From positions 3,288,001 to 3,352,000 of the forward strand of contig CM097885.1 of assembly GCA_044892525.1 (NCBI GenBank): a DNA stretch of 64,000 nucleotides, read 5' to 3'. The stretch comes from Schmidtea polychroa (Eukaryota). The translations under genes and the position numbers were made by a program. Below are positions 29,801 to 43,364 of this stretch, in pieces. Numbering within the stretch: the stretch's first letter is position 1; each line of letters begins with the position of its first letter. The notes beneath the pieces were generated by a model. The model did not search any database, had not been told where the DNA came from, and was given only the letters and a program-made list of their open reading frames with translations.

Positions 29801-30757
29801 AGGACCAAGGAGACTCACCTCACTATAGTGTGATAAATCCTTGGCTTTTTTATTGATAGTAGGATTTTTGTATAGAAAAAAATTTTTTGTATTGAAAATC
29901 CCAGGACCATCGAGACCCCCTCACTATAGTGTGAAAATTCCATGCTTTTTTATTGAGACCGCCTTTTTGTATTGAAAAAATTTTATTTTTATTGAAAATC
30001 CCAGGACCATCGTTTTTGTATTGAAAAATTTTTTTTTGTATTGAAAATCCCAGGACCATCGTTTTTGTATTGAAATTTTTTTTTTGTATTGAAAATCCCA
30101 GGACCATCGAGACCCCCTCACTATAGTCTGAAAATTCTATGCTTTTTTTAGTGGTAGTCGGATTTTTGTATAGAAAAATTTTTTTTGTATTGAAAATCCC
30201 AGGACCATCGTTTTTGTATAGAAAAAAATTTTTTGTATTGAAAATCCCAGGACCATCGAGACCCCCTCACTATAGTCTGAAAATTCTATGCTTTTTAGTG
30301 GTAGTCGGATTTTTGTATAGAAAAAATTTTATTTGTATTGAAAATCCCAGGACCATCGAGACCCCCTCACTATAGTGTGAATAATCCTTGACTTTTTTAT
30401 TGATAGTCGGATTTTTGTATAGAAATTCCCAGGACCATCAAGACCCTCTCACTATAGTGTGATAAAAAAAAATTTGGACCAAAAATCCCTGAAAGCAAAA
30501 AAATGAGTTGGGAACAATTGCGTAATAAAAATTTGGGAACAAACCCCCCCCCCCCCCGGGGGGGGGGGGGGGGTAATTGTTCCCGTAGGCCACTATCTAC
30601 CTACTATTGCTTGGTAGCAGCGTTTATTATTTAAAACAATAAAATGATAATTTAAGCCTTTTGCTGCAAATAATGTATTTAATGAAAATAATTACGACTA
30701 TAGGATAGCCCTTGTTAATCCAATATCAATTATAATATCAATTATAATATCAATGAT

Positions 30758-30820
<63 letters not shown>

Positions 30821-31076
30821 TCAATAATAAAGATAAATCAATAGCAATATCAATAATCAATAACGTAAATATTATCGATATTTTAATAATATCAATATAA
30901 TCCATAATAATAATATCAATAATATAAATTAAATCAATAACAATATCAATATAACCGATAATCAATAATAATAAATATATAATGATAATATCGATCGCAA
31001 TATGATTTGTATCAAATTCATGAAAATCAATAATATCAATAAAATTGTATCATATCCATAAATCGATATTACTCAC

Positions 31077-33816
31077 CTCCTTCTGCAGAACAATATTAAT
31101 CGCCCTCTCCTCCTCGTCCTCGGCTGCCTTCTGCCTCCTGTAGCCCTCTATATCAAGATTTTCATCGCTTGGGATATTCAGCTTGGTCCGAAGATGTCCG
31201 TTCTCGAATTTCAGCTCCTCAACGGCGTAATTGGCCTTGTTGACATTCTGTAGATATTGTTCCTTCTCCCGTTCCTTCACTTGCAACTGAGCCTTGCACG
31301 CCTTAATCTCAGCAACTGCTTCTGCAAGGCCGAATTCTCCTCTCTCGTACATTTTGTTCCTCTCAAGGGCATCTGTCAGCTCCTGCTCCCGATCCGCCAT
31401 CTGATTCTCCACCTGATCCAATCAATACCCATTCAATCGATCAACAGACAGTTATCCATCCACCTTATTCAGTCTCTCCACAGTTTCCTTTAGCATCTTC
31501 TCCTTATCGTCCAGCATCTGCCGCAATTCCTTTATTCGCCTCATTTGATGTCCCGATGATCCTCCTCCAGTTCGTTCTAAATCCTTCTTCAAATTCTCTA
31601 TGAGATCTCCGTTCTCCTCGATCGTGTGGGCCGCGTCCAGCAATTGATGAGTCAAATCCTTGACCTACATGAAATAGTTCTTGTCACATCGCTTCCATCA
31701 CAGCCAATTACAATCCACCTCTTGTTCCCGCTCCTTCACTAGCTTTATCAGTGCTTGAACATTTGCCTTCTCGCTGTTGATGCCAGATTTCTGTAGGTCG
31801 TATCGTAATTTGGCATTCTCCTCGTACAGCCGACAGATCTCAGAATCTCTTTCTTCCATTATCTGTAAATTGTATTAGAGCCCAGTGAGAAATCGATTGA
31901 AATTGATTAAAGGAATAAAGGAAGAAAGAAATAAGAATAAGAGAAAGAGTAACGGAAAAAGAATAAAATAAAGATGTAATAGACAAGCAGATAAGAAAAA
32001 AGCAAGAGAAAAAATGAGTAAAAGAGAAAAATAATAAAAGAAAGATATAATAGACAAGTAGAAAAAAAAAGCAAGTTATAAAAAGAAAAAAAGAAAAAGA
32101 GAAAAAATAAAAAAATAAAAGATATAATAGACAACCAGAAAAGAGAGCAATATAGTAAGAAGGAAAAGCTGAAAAGAAAAGTGGAAGATTAAAGAAAAAG
32201 AAAAGGAAGTAAAATAGAAAAAGAGAAAAAAGAAAAGATGTAATTGACAAGCAGAAAAGAGAGCAATATACAAAAAAAGAAGGAAAAGCTGAAAAGAAAA
32301 GTGGAAGAGTAAAGAAAAAAAAGGAGTAAAAGAGAAAAAGATTAAAAGAAAGAGGTAATAAACAAGCAGAAAAGAAAAAATAGTAAATTATAAAAAGAAA
32401 AAAAAGAGAAAAAAATAAAAAATAAAAGGAGTAAAAAAGAAAAAATAAAAGGAGTAAAAAAGAAAAAATAAAAGATATAATAAACAAGCAGAAAAAAAAG
32501 CAATTTAGAAAAGAAAGAAAGCTGAAAAGAAAAGTGGAAGAGTAAAGAAAAAGAAGTGAAAGAGAAAAAGATTAAGAGGTAATAGACAAGCAGAAAAATA
32601 AAAATAGCAAATTATAAAAAGAAAAAAAGAGAAAAAATAAAAGGAGTAAAAAAAATAAAAGATATAATAAACAAGCAGAAAAGGGAGCAATATAAAAAAG
32701 AAGGAAAGCTGAAAAGAAAAAGAAAAATGAGTAGAAGAGAACAAGAGTAAAAGAAATATGTAATAGACAAGCAGGAAAGAATGCAATAGAAAAAAAAAGA
32801 AGGAAAACTGAAAAGAAAGTGAAAGAGTAAAAAATGAAAAAGGAGTAAAAGAGAAAAAGGATAAAGAATGAATAGTTAAATAAAATTAGAGAAAAACAAG
32901 GTAAATCAGAGGAAAAATAAAACAAGAAAGAAATTCATAATCTAGAATAAATAAATAAATAAATAATAAACAAACTTGTTTCCATTTCTCGACTTGTTCG
33001 TTGACATGAATCATAATTTTGTCATCGGCATCATTCCTGTCATTCATCTGTTCCTGCAAATGTTCAATCTGCATCCTCAGCATCCTGCATTCCGCCTCCC
33101 TGCTCTGAAGATCTCCATCAGTCATCCCGAAATTGCTCTTCATATTCTTATATTCCGATGTTATTCTTTCGATTTCATCGGTTGCCATTTCCAGGTTTTC
33201 CTTCAAATGATCCATTTCCTGATGCAGTTCAAGGATTTTCTCTTGGGCATTCTGATAAGATTTAGGAATTAAATCATTTTAGTGACGAGATTCGACTTAC
33301 ATCGAGATCAATCTTCTTCTGTCTTAATTCTGATCTAGTATAAGCCAACTCGGATTTATTGGAATCCTGATTTTGATCTTTTTGATTTTTAAGTTGATTC
33401 GTTCTCTGTCGAAGAAATTCCACGTTGTCAGAAAATTTTGCATTAGAGTCTTTCAATCCTTCAATTTCCTTTTGCTGTTTATTAATTGTTTCTTCTTTCT
33501 TATCATTTTCCTCAGTCAACGAATTATATTTGCTTTTCAACTCCCGAATTTCTTGGTTCATAGATTCTTTTTCCATTTCCCAGTTTCGTCTCTCTCGAAC
33601 GACATTTATATCTGCCCCGTCACTTCTTTGCAACGCTGCGTTCTCTTTTTCTAATTCTTCCTTGATAATTTTCAATTTTTTTATATCTACATTTGCTTCT
33701 TCCAAATCTTCATCAAGTCCTTTGTTTTCCTCAGCTTTATAACTCATGATAAATTGTGCAATGTTGAAAGCCTTGTGAAGCTTATCAACATCATCGACAT
33801 CGGTGATGTCATTGAT
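31077..33816 (-). CDS. CEP290: CEP290 exons 2-6 (33301-33816, 32976-33251, 31719-31862, 31464-31664, 31077-31412)
   Basis: Coiled-coil translations include DDKIMIHVNEQVEKWK, YERGEFGLAEAVAEIKACK and RAINIVLQKE, matching recalled CEP290 DDPIMVAVNAKVEEWK, YESGVYGLEDAVVEIKNCK and RAENQILLKE. All exon lengths are multiples of 3 with GT-AG borders. Confidence 0.93.
31900..32930. repeat. A/G-rich degenerate tandem repeat in CEP290 intron 3
   Basis: Recurrent TAGACAAGCAGAAAAG and GGAAAGCTGAAAAGAAAAGTGGAAGA motifs among A-runs; source of spurious Phe-rich ORFs. Confidence 0.85.
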
Positions 33817-34689
33817 CTGAAAGTTATTTTTTATTCATTTGAGAACCCATAAAAACATGAAATTCATTTTTATGGACAGTGTGAGAGAAGATTTGGTCAA
33901 GGACCAAGTGTGCCAGTCAAATAGAAGATTAGCGTGAAAATAATTCAAAACACACACAAAATCCTTCGAAAAGTAAAAAAGATATTCAAGATAGTCATTT
34001 ATTTCCGTCAATTATTATAACACTTACAAGAAATATGAGAGCATCAGAATATCTTAATGCAGGTTTTTTTGGGATGGAAAAATCAAACAAAATCAACCTA
34101 GATTGATTACTACATTCGTACAAAATGAATAAAAAATGCTATAATACTGATTGGTGTGTGAGTTTTTGTTATTTTAGCATTTGACATTTCAGAAATGGCT
34201 TGTAAGTAGGTAAAAAAGTAAATTTTAAGGTTTGAATTTTTATTTTATATAGATATGAGATAATTATTCGAGCTCTTAAATATTACTTTGATTCAACATT
34301 TATATTATAACTTATTTCTAATCACATTTTTCAGCACTTTCAAGGAATTTATGTATTATATTTTTGATTTAATTTGATTTAATGTAAATTAGATCAATAT
34401 TAAATTATAAATTATTAACAAAAAATTAATCAGCAAAGATTTCTATTTATTTAAATATATATAAGGGAAATAAACAGCGAATATAATAATATACTAACAA
34501 TTTTATTCCATCGACTATTTCTAAGTATCAAAAGATTACATGCATTTTTTAATATATATGTTGTGCTTGTGTGTTAAATTTATTTTTCTACCACTTTCAC
34601 AATTTCTATATAGAAAGATGCAACAATAAATTTTTACACACAGATAAGTTTCTGTGATTCAAAAATATCGTATTCAATAATATAGCGTA

Positions 34690-35140
34690 TTTTTAATTAA
34701 AATAATTATGGTTCAATAAATAATTGATAATAAATGCAATATGTCAATTACTGATTACATTGTTTGAATCAGTTTATTTTTTTTTGCTTATATAAGTAAA
34801 ATGCGATTTGGGCAATTAAAGAAAAGCGGTCATCATATGATGTTGCCTTTAAACTTCAAATTGTTGGTTTTGCAATATCAATGTTCAGAAGACTCAGAAA
34901 TGGGCATTTACAATGACATTTTACAATAAAATGATTTAAAATATTTTGCTATAATCTTTTAAAAAATATTTTTGTCATGTTAAATTGTAATGGTTCTTAG
35001 TGAATTGTATAAATTGAAATAAATTAAATATTACCCAAAATTTCATTTTTAATAGGTAAGCTTATACGCGTGTCATCTATTTTGGATATTTTTATCAATA
35101 AAATTTGCGTGGGGGGGGGGGCAATTTATCTTTATATACT
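34690..35140 (+). mobile_element. Degraded pogo-type transposon relic
   Basis: Encodes KRSSYDVAFKLQIVGFA (resembles the pogo N-terminal DNA-binding motif) and shares TTTTAATTAAAATAATTATGGTTCAATAA with the MITE at 37470. Confidence 0.45.
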
Positions 35141-37045
35141 GCAAGTTTATTGATTATTTTTATATTATAGAAATTTTTATTCCATGTAAACAAATCGTTG
35201 CAAAAACATTTAGAAATTAATTCAATTAATTGCCCATAATTCCCTCTTTTCAACAGAGAGTTGAATATTTCGAATGATTTATCGGAATAGTTTAAAATGA
35301 TTTTAAGTCAAAAATGATTAAAATTAGAAATAAGTTTTTAATTGTAAAATACGAATTTAAATAAGAAAATTAAATCGCTTGAATATTAATATTGAATTCT
35401 TTTGATAAATTGTTTTGAGATTGTCGGATTTCTTGTTAATACAAAACTAAAACTTTTCATCGATTTCCCCAAAAAATATTAAATGAATTTGTCTGGAAAT
35501 AGTTTCCCCTTAAACTGGCTGTATTTTCTGCAGCAGATAAATAGGAATTGTGTGTTGCGTATTTGTATAATAAATAAGGGTAAGTAAGGGTCCAGGTCAC
35601 ATTCAAAAAGGTCTTATCAATTGCGCTAATTATGAATTTATTTTGACTTAATTTTTAAGTTTACTGATAAATTTTTGTCATGCTTTTGATTTAGTAGGAA
35701 TTTTTCGCAGTACTTGTCAGCAATTTTTGGCAAAAAAAATATCATTTTCTATTTTTAGATTTTTTTTGCTTATTTATTGTCCAACTGTGAATATTTTATT
35801 ATAGGATTTTTTTCTTTACTCCATAAATTTTTCTATCTTTATATATTAAATGCTCCTACTTATTATCAAAGGGCCTCATTTACTGTATTTATTGCCAATT
35901 ACACACACACACTGTTTTATATTATTGATGCTTTTATTTTTTGTCATTTAAACAACTACAATTAATAAAAACCGCGTAATGAATAATTGTTATCCATAAT
36001 ATTTTTTCTCTGTGTCTTTTCTATTATAAAGTTGTGTGTATTTGTATTTTATTTATCTCCCTAAAACTATTTTTTCTGTCTTTTTAGTAAGTGCTCTTAA
36101 TATTTGTCCTTATTCCAAGTAATTGTACGCCAAAGGGCAAGAAGTAAGGGCATTAATGACATTAAATAGGAGCCTATCAATTGTGCTAATGGAAAGGTTT
36201 TATTTATTTAATAATTTTTGTAATAAGAAATTTGATTAATTTTAATTTGCATCGATTTATAATGATCAATATTATGAAATGATATAATTGATATAAAATA
36301 TGTAAAATTAATGTAAATCTCTCAATTCCAATTACACGTAAAATTATTAATATTACTCGATTCCGGATGGATAAATTGGGGGGGGGGTCCCAACTGTCCC
36401 AACCCAACTGTCCCATTGGATACCAGCCTTTATGGATACCTCAGTTCTCATAACATTATTTTATTCATCATTGACCACTGGCGTGAGGTATCCAAATTTT
36501 ATATTCTGTTTCAAGCAATTTGAATACTTTATTTTAGTATTGAAGCGATAGATCGGTTCTATTTGGGCTCTAACCAGATAAAGGGGGTAAGAGAATATTC
36601 GACAGCGTCAATGGCATGATTTGTTTAATTTATTAAATCCTTGCAAGATCAGCGCGTAAAATCGAATAATGTCATGTTTTTCATAAACTCAATAAAGGAG
36701 ATGGGGCCAGGGGGGATAGGCAAGTATTCAAATATAACTGTCAATAGAAGGGTTGGAATCTATTGCAATTTAATGATTTTTTTGGCTTTTAATGAATTTA
36801 TTATATTATTATAATATAACATCAGTAAATATCAATTCAGCTGCTAATTCGAATAGAAAAGCAATTCATTTGTAAAGACAATGATTAAGATAATAATTAT
36901 AATAAATAATTATAATAAATTTACCAGATGAAAATTAATAAATTTTATAATATTTACTTAGTAAATTAATAAATTATTACTAAAAAGCTTCGAATTACTT
37001 TTAGAAATGAAATAATTTTTATTAATTTTTAACAAAATCTCTTAC

Positions 37046-37147
37046 ATTGACCATTAGTTCATAGATTATATCGATATCATCAGGTGTCATAGAATTTAAC
37101 TGATCAATCTTTACTTTCAAAATTCTATCCCAATCTGAAGAACTCAT
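37046..37147 (-). CDS. CEP290: CEP290 first coding exon
   Basis: MSSSDWDRILKVKIDQLNSMTPDDIDIIYELMVN followed by a GTAAGA donor. Resembles the CEP290 N-terminus (WKEIMKVDPDDL) and joins the next exon in phase 0. Confidence 0.8.
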
Positions 37148-37469
37148 TGTTTACTAAAATTTTTAAAAACTTTAATGTAGAATATGCTTAAATATGCTTA
37201 AATTAAATAATTTAAATTAATGATTATAAAATTTCAATAGATGGAAAGTTGAGAAAGAATTGAAATAAAATAAATGATGGAAAATATTTTTTAAAAATGA
37301 ATGGCTATTTTAAATTTCATAAAAGTTATTAGTTTTGTTAAATTATCATAGTGACAATTATTAAAACAAATGTGTTTTATAAATTAATTAGTTTAATAAA
37401 TTTGATGATTGTGCTTAATAAAAATTATTTAAAATTACTAAAATTATTCTGTTAGCAACACAATAAATA

Positions 37470-37678
37470 CCGTATATACTCGCGTATAGGCCAAGTAATT
37501 TTGGATTATTTTTTTTCCCAAATTGATGGTCGGCTTATACACGAACTTACTTTTAATTAAAATAATTATGGTTCAATAATTAATTTATATTAAATGTTAA
37601 ATAATATTTTTTTAATTAATATACAGAATAAATCAAAACCAAATTTGGAGGGGTCGGCTTATATGCGAGTATATACGG
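37470..37678. mobile_element. pogo/Tc1-mariner-type MITE
   Basis: TIRs CCGTATATACTCGCGTATAGGCC / GGCTTATATGCGAGTATATACGG, flanked by TA on both sides. Confidence 0.85.
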
Positions 37679-38619
37679 TATGTGCTAATAAAACAATATT
37701 TATTCAAAACAATACTTAAGATTTCGTTGCTTTCTACCTTGCATCTGTAAATGTTGAGTTTAAAAGTGATCATTTGTGATATGAGAGTTGGACACAAAAT
37801 GATTTTGAATAAAGAATTAAAAGACTCATCTAAATTTAAAAGATAAATTTTAATAAGAGTTTTTGAAATTAATAGGAAAAAGAGTTAAATATAGTGGAAT
37901 TGTTAATAATCCTAATTTATTGTTGGCAAATCAAACTTAAACAAGTTTTATTCAATAATTTTTGATAAGTTTAATTGTAATTTAGGTGATTCTTGAATTA
38001 TTAATTTTTCTCTCTTAACAATTTATCAAAATGTCCTCCAATATCTTTTACAGTATAATTTTTACAAATAATTTCTCTAGATTATATTTATATATTTTTT
38101 GCGATTCGCATTCTATTATTATTTATAACTAATCATTTTCATTGAAATTATATAATTTTAAAATTCTTCATTTGCATCTTTCAACTATATCAAGTTTGTT
38201 TCATAAATAATCGTGGTTTCGAGTTTTACGATAACTTGTAGCAAGTTTGTCAAATTTAAAGCAAAATCTTTGTTTTTTATATCCTATCTTTTGTTGTTAT
38301 ATCCTATCTCTATTAATCCATTAGTAAGGATGTTTTTCTTTTCTACTTTTACAATTAATTAATTTTTCACTAACTTTTTAATTATTCTTGATCTATATTT
38401 TATTTGTTTTTTAAAAGTCAATATTTGTTTCTATTCTGGTGGCAGTAATAAAGATATTTTTGAGGATTTGAAATTGGCCTTAATCAATTAATTGATTATG
38501 AAAATAATATAAAAACAGATATACACACTTAATAAGGTCTGTACCGAAATATGGTGTACCTTACATATTCTTTTGATCTCTAATCTTGAAAACATTAATT
38601 TGAAAATTATTAATCAAAG

Positions 38620-39074
38620 GTGAAACCGAAAATGTGAAAACCCTGGAAATATAAAGTAAAAGAAATGAAGTAATAAAGGTTCATGTTGAACTATGCCATG
38701 CAGTAGGTTTTGTACATTATATTGGATGAGATGGATTTGATAAAAGAACTTTCACCGATTTTTAAGAATTTATTGATTATGATCATGTTCTAAATGAAGA
38801 TGTTCTTCATAATGTTAATAATGAAAATCAAGATTTAGATGATAAGAATGACGATGAGCCAGAATCCGAAATGACGCCATCTTTTATATTAAAGATTTTA
38901 TTAGAAGTAATTGCTATTTCCAATCAAATACAACGGTTTGTTGAACATCCTGATCCAGGTATGGAAATAGACCAAAGGTTTCAATGCCAATTATTAAAAA
39001 TTGAAGAAAGTGTCACAAAACGACAGAAATTAATGAATCATTTCTTTCAGAAAAGTGAAAAATTTTTTATCTAA
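38620..39074 (+). pseudogene. Tigger/pogo-like transposase C-terminal relic
   Basis: Broken frame with an acidic stretch (DLDDKNDDEPESE) ending KRQKLMNHFFQK, the typical KQxxxxxFF tail of these transposases. Confidence 0.45.
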
Positions 39075-39975
39075 CTAAGTTTGAATTGAATGAAACCCTT
39101 TTATTTACAAATAATGGGGGAAATGGCTTATTATTATTACAAATACTTTTCTTGATTATCGAACCTCCTAACCATTTTTTTGTATGAATTCTCAGCCTCG
39201 ATATATGTGGTTTTGAATTGGGCGCCATCATGGCTGCCTGAAACTATTGAATAAATCAAGGGACACTTGCATATATATATTTGGACAATATGCATTGTTA
39301 ACAAGCTTCATTAGAAATCCTTAAGACCTCTACAAGCTCAGATTGAATAAATGAGAATAAAAGAAATTATACCATGAAAAAAATACTGCATTGTTAGTAT
39401 TGTGCATTTGTTTAGGAGTTCTTTTCACTTGTGTATTATATGTTATAGAATTGAATAAAGATATTCTGTAATAGAGGTTGAGGGCTTTGTTATATGATTT
39501 CTGGACTAGAACACAACTTTATGTAAATTATGATGCGCAGTGGTCGATCTTAGCTTGCGTGTCATTTTGTTAGAATGTATCTACCATGAAGGTTGAGGAA
39601 GTACTCAAATGCTTTATTGTTATTATTGTTATAAATATTTTTTATGGTTTATCGGATAAAATTGATGAAGATCATTTATTTTTTGTTTACCTTTGATCGG
39701 CTTTCTTTTTTTGATATTTCATTTATTTTCTTTGTGAAATAGATAAAAATGAATATAAACGAAATACTTTATCAAACATACGGGATATGTATATAATGTT
39801 TACCAATTTGTTTGAATTTCATCACCTTTATCTCATGAGCCATCTGGACTTGTTTACGGAATATTATCAATTTATTCAACAAATAAAATGCACAATTATT
39901 TTCAAATTTCTTTGGGTACCTTATCCAAAACCTTTTCACTAGTCAATGGTGCTGTTGTAGTTTTGTAGTTATGTG

Positions 39976-40111
<136 letters not shown>

Positions 40112-40158
40112 TAAAAACTAACAATAAAACATTTATTAATGAGAAAAAATGTTCATTT

Positions 40159-40388
40159 TCATCTCAAGTTGGCAAAGCCTGACCCAAATGTCATCGGATC
40201 TATCAGTCTCTTCTCCAGCATTCGCTTATACAGATGCATATGTCTGTCGAACCCGAATCCCATAGTCCGTTTCTAAAATCATATAAAAGTGATTGATACA
40301 CCATTAAATAAAAACTAACCTCGACCTCTGCTAAGGTTTCAAAAACACAAATGGCCAAAATAATTGCCAGCAAAATAATAATTTTCAT
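40159..40388 (-). CDS. Secreted peptide prohormone, planarin family (SPP-7/8-like); exons 40320-40388 and 40159-40272; 60 aa
   Basis: Spliced product MKIIILLAIILAICVFETLAEVE-KR-TMGFGFDRHMHLY-KR-MLE-KR-LIDPMTFGSGFANL-R*. It has a signal peptide, dibasic sites, a 47-bp GT-AG intron, TATATAAA ~35 bp upstream and AATAAA downstream. LIDPMTFGSGFANL is recalled from planarian SPP-7/8. Confidence 0.9.
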
Positions 40389-40592
40389 GATAAGTTTGGC
40401 CTGCCTCTCATTATCCAGTCATTTATATATCAAATATAATAATTATAATAATGGCATAAATGCCTGGAGAATTGTCAAAGCTTTTAATTGCCCCAGGTTT
40501 TTTTCTAATTCAATTTTTATATCGATTTCCCAAATGTTCTTTTTGAAAAATTCTTTTTTTTTATAGTTATAAAAATTAAATTTTGTCTTATA

Positions 40593-40710
<118 letters not shown>

Positions 40711-43364
40711 TACTGGTTACAAAAAGAGGAAATCAAAAACATTATAATTCCATATATACAATTTATTCAAACAAACTTAATAAATATCCTTCAGTCTCAA
40801 TCATTTAGCAAAATTTCTTTTTTTGTCCCTTGTAGAAGCGTAGAAGGAATCAAAGACAAAATTTGTAAAAATTCAATAAATTTGTTTGAAGTGCAAAAAA
40901 TTAATTAAAAATTTGCAAAAATGAGAAATCGATATCTCTGGGAGGAAATCAACAGACAAAATAATAAGTACAAATATAATTAATTTTAAATCGATTGAGT
41001 CTCCTAGAATACTAATTAAATTTTAATTAAGTCATAATTATATGAGTTAGAAAAATATAATCTAGCCTGTCAAGATAAAGTAAAATAATTAAATTGTTTT
41101 ATTTAGTTTTCGTCTTCTAGTAACTTGATTAAATTGTCATTACGACTGAAGAAAGTTTTCTGTAGAGAAGATTTAGTGAAGAAGGTTTAGTGAGAAAGTT
41201 CGGTAAGTTTAAAGAAATTCGCTTTGTCAATAAGGTTATTTGTGGGGATTAGATTCATAAAGGTCTGAGGAGTTTACTTATAGGAGCACCTGCTCTTGAA
41301 TTGAGATAAGGTAAAATTGCTGGTATAATGTTGACTAATATTAATTAAAGAATGTATATTTGTTATTTCTTATCATATTGTTATTATATTGTGCTGAATT
41401 ATATTTTTTTTAAAAATTACACGTGGAGTCAGAAGCCATTTTTTCCCTGTTAAAGCTAATTAATAACCCAACAATATATTATGCATTGCACTAATAGTTC
41501 AAGAGCTTTACAATGGTGAAATGTTTTAAGACGCAAAATTTAGAAAAATATCTAGCAGCTTATGTAGTGAGCCATTGGACGGTCTTATCAAAATCTATAT
41601 ACATTTTATAGGGTAACAATTTATTCGCTTAACCAAATCATTGATAATGAGAATGAGGAAGATACATATGACAAATTACATACCCACTTGTACATAAGTA
41701 ATGGTAATGATGAAATAAAAATTGATGTCACTAGCTTGAAAATCGACAATAATTACGCAGCGGTCATAGCTGAGAATGACGCAGTGATCATTGCTGAGAA
41801 TGACGCAGTGGCGATTGCTGAGAATGACGCAGTGGCCATTGGTGAGAATTATATAACCAGAGCTTTTGAAATTTTATCAAATAATTTTACACCAACTATT
41901 CGCGAATATTCAAACATTCTGAGGACTAATGTCAATACTTTTATTCATAAAACTCAATTACTAACAAATGAATCAAATTATTACAGATCTCTCACAAATC
42001 ACTTTTCTGAAAATCGAGCTTGTTATTCAGATTTCAATAATGAAAATAAAGATATAAAAGAACAAGATTATTACGAATTTAGTAATTGACGAACATTCTA
42101 AAGATGAAAATGAAGATTTAATTGTAAATATTCCAAATAAGCAAATCAAAGCTACGATGTTGCAGATCAAAAGAATTTAGCCGTTTAAAAATTATGATTA
42201 CTATATCAAAGGTATTTCGAACTCTTTGATTCAATGGTCCTTGACAATTTTGAAGTACCCAGCTCTTGATTGTTATTTCTGTGTGTGTGCTATTGTTTCC
42301 AATTAGTATTGTGCATGTGTGTGCTATTGTTTGCAATTAGTATTGCGTGTGTGTGCGCGCTATTGTTTGCAATTAGTATTACGTGTGTGTGTTGATTTCT
42401 GTTGCTTTATGACTTTCCCTCATTGTAAATTTCAAAATTTAGAATTTGTTACCTGTTTTATTTCAAATATAAATTACATCCTGAATAGTTTCAAATCAGC
42501 CCACTGCCACAGCTTCTTTCTTATAAATTGTAATAGAGTATTTAGAAGTGTTGCGTGATCCAATTACATAATAAAAAGATAAGAAGTGTTGAATGGATTA
42601 AACATTTAAAAACGACGGATTGTATGAAGACCTTATTACAATATATTTATAAAACTTTACATTTAAAATGTCTTATGTTAAATGTTGCGATGTGAATATC
42701 TCATGTCCAGGTTGAGCCTAAGGTTTATTGGTTATGTAATATATGAATGTATGATTGTATGAATGTAGGTATTTAATCAATTTATATCCTCCATAATGAA
42801 TAATCTTTTGATATAGTTTGATAAATCGGTTAATTATTTTTCCGATTCAACTTCAAATTATTTTTTATTTTATCATAGCCTGGAAATTGATTAGTTTTCT
42901 ATCATTTTTTGGCGGTTTTATTTGAATTTGTTTAAGTTTGAAAAATGCATTGAAACAAATTAAGATTCATTTAAATTTTACTGTTGTATAAATTCAGTTT
43001 ATCTCAATTTAATTTTACATTTATTATATACTGATCATTAAAATAGACAAATTTTTAATATCATTTTTGACTGTTAATAATAAAAATTATAATCACAATA
43101 GTTTAATAATTAACAGCAATCTTTATGAATGCATTTCTTATCAAAATTGAATTTCTAATTTAATTAATTAATTAAGGAACATTCATTAAAAACATTCAAA
43201 TCAAGTATTAAATTAATTGTTTTTTCATAAATACTTTATGGGAAATTTATTAAATATGGGATTTCCGTTAAATTGTTTAAATAAATTATTACTATGCAAC
43301 AGTTATTATAATTTATTCGATTGTTAATATTCAGTGAATCTTAAATATTTTCTATTTTCTAAAC

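Larger units (their letters stand above)
13099..30605. mobile_element. Giant palindromic non-autonomous Polinton/Maverick-like element (17,507 bp; arms ~13099-21277 and ~22190-30605; spacer ~21278-22189)
   Basis: The left end AGTAGGTAGATAGTGGCCTACGGGAACAATTAC is the exact reverse complement of the right end GTAATTGTTCCCGTAGGCCACTATCTACCTACT. The direct repeat ATTGCT sits at 13093-13098 and 30606-30611. Every internal module is mirrored. No credible ORF. Confidence 0.88.

Noticed and set aside
31840..32925. Phe/Leu-rich membrane-protein-like ORFs
   Set aside because: Reverse translation of an A-rich intronic repeat.
39374..39560. Possible second prohormone (TATA-like run, ATG, hydrophobic stretch)
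   Set aside because: The ATG frame stops after a few codons and no dibasic-flanked peptide was found.
41688..42390. 133-aa ORF with AENDAV repeats and nearby ~36-bp repeats
   Set aside because: No recognisable family or splice structure; probably a decayed repeat.
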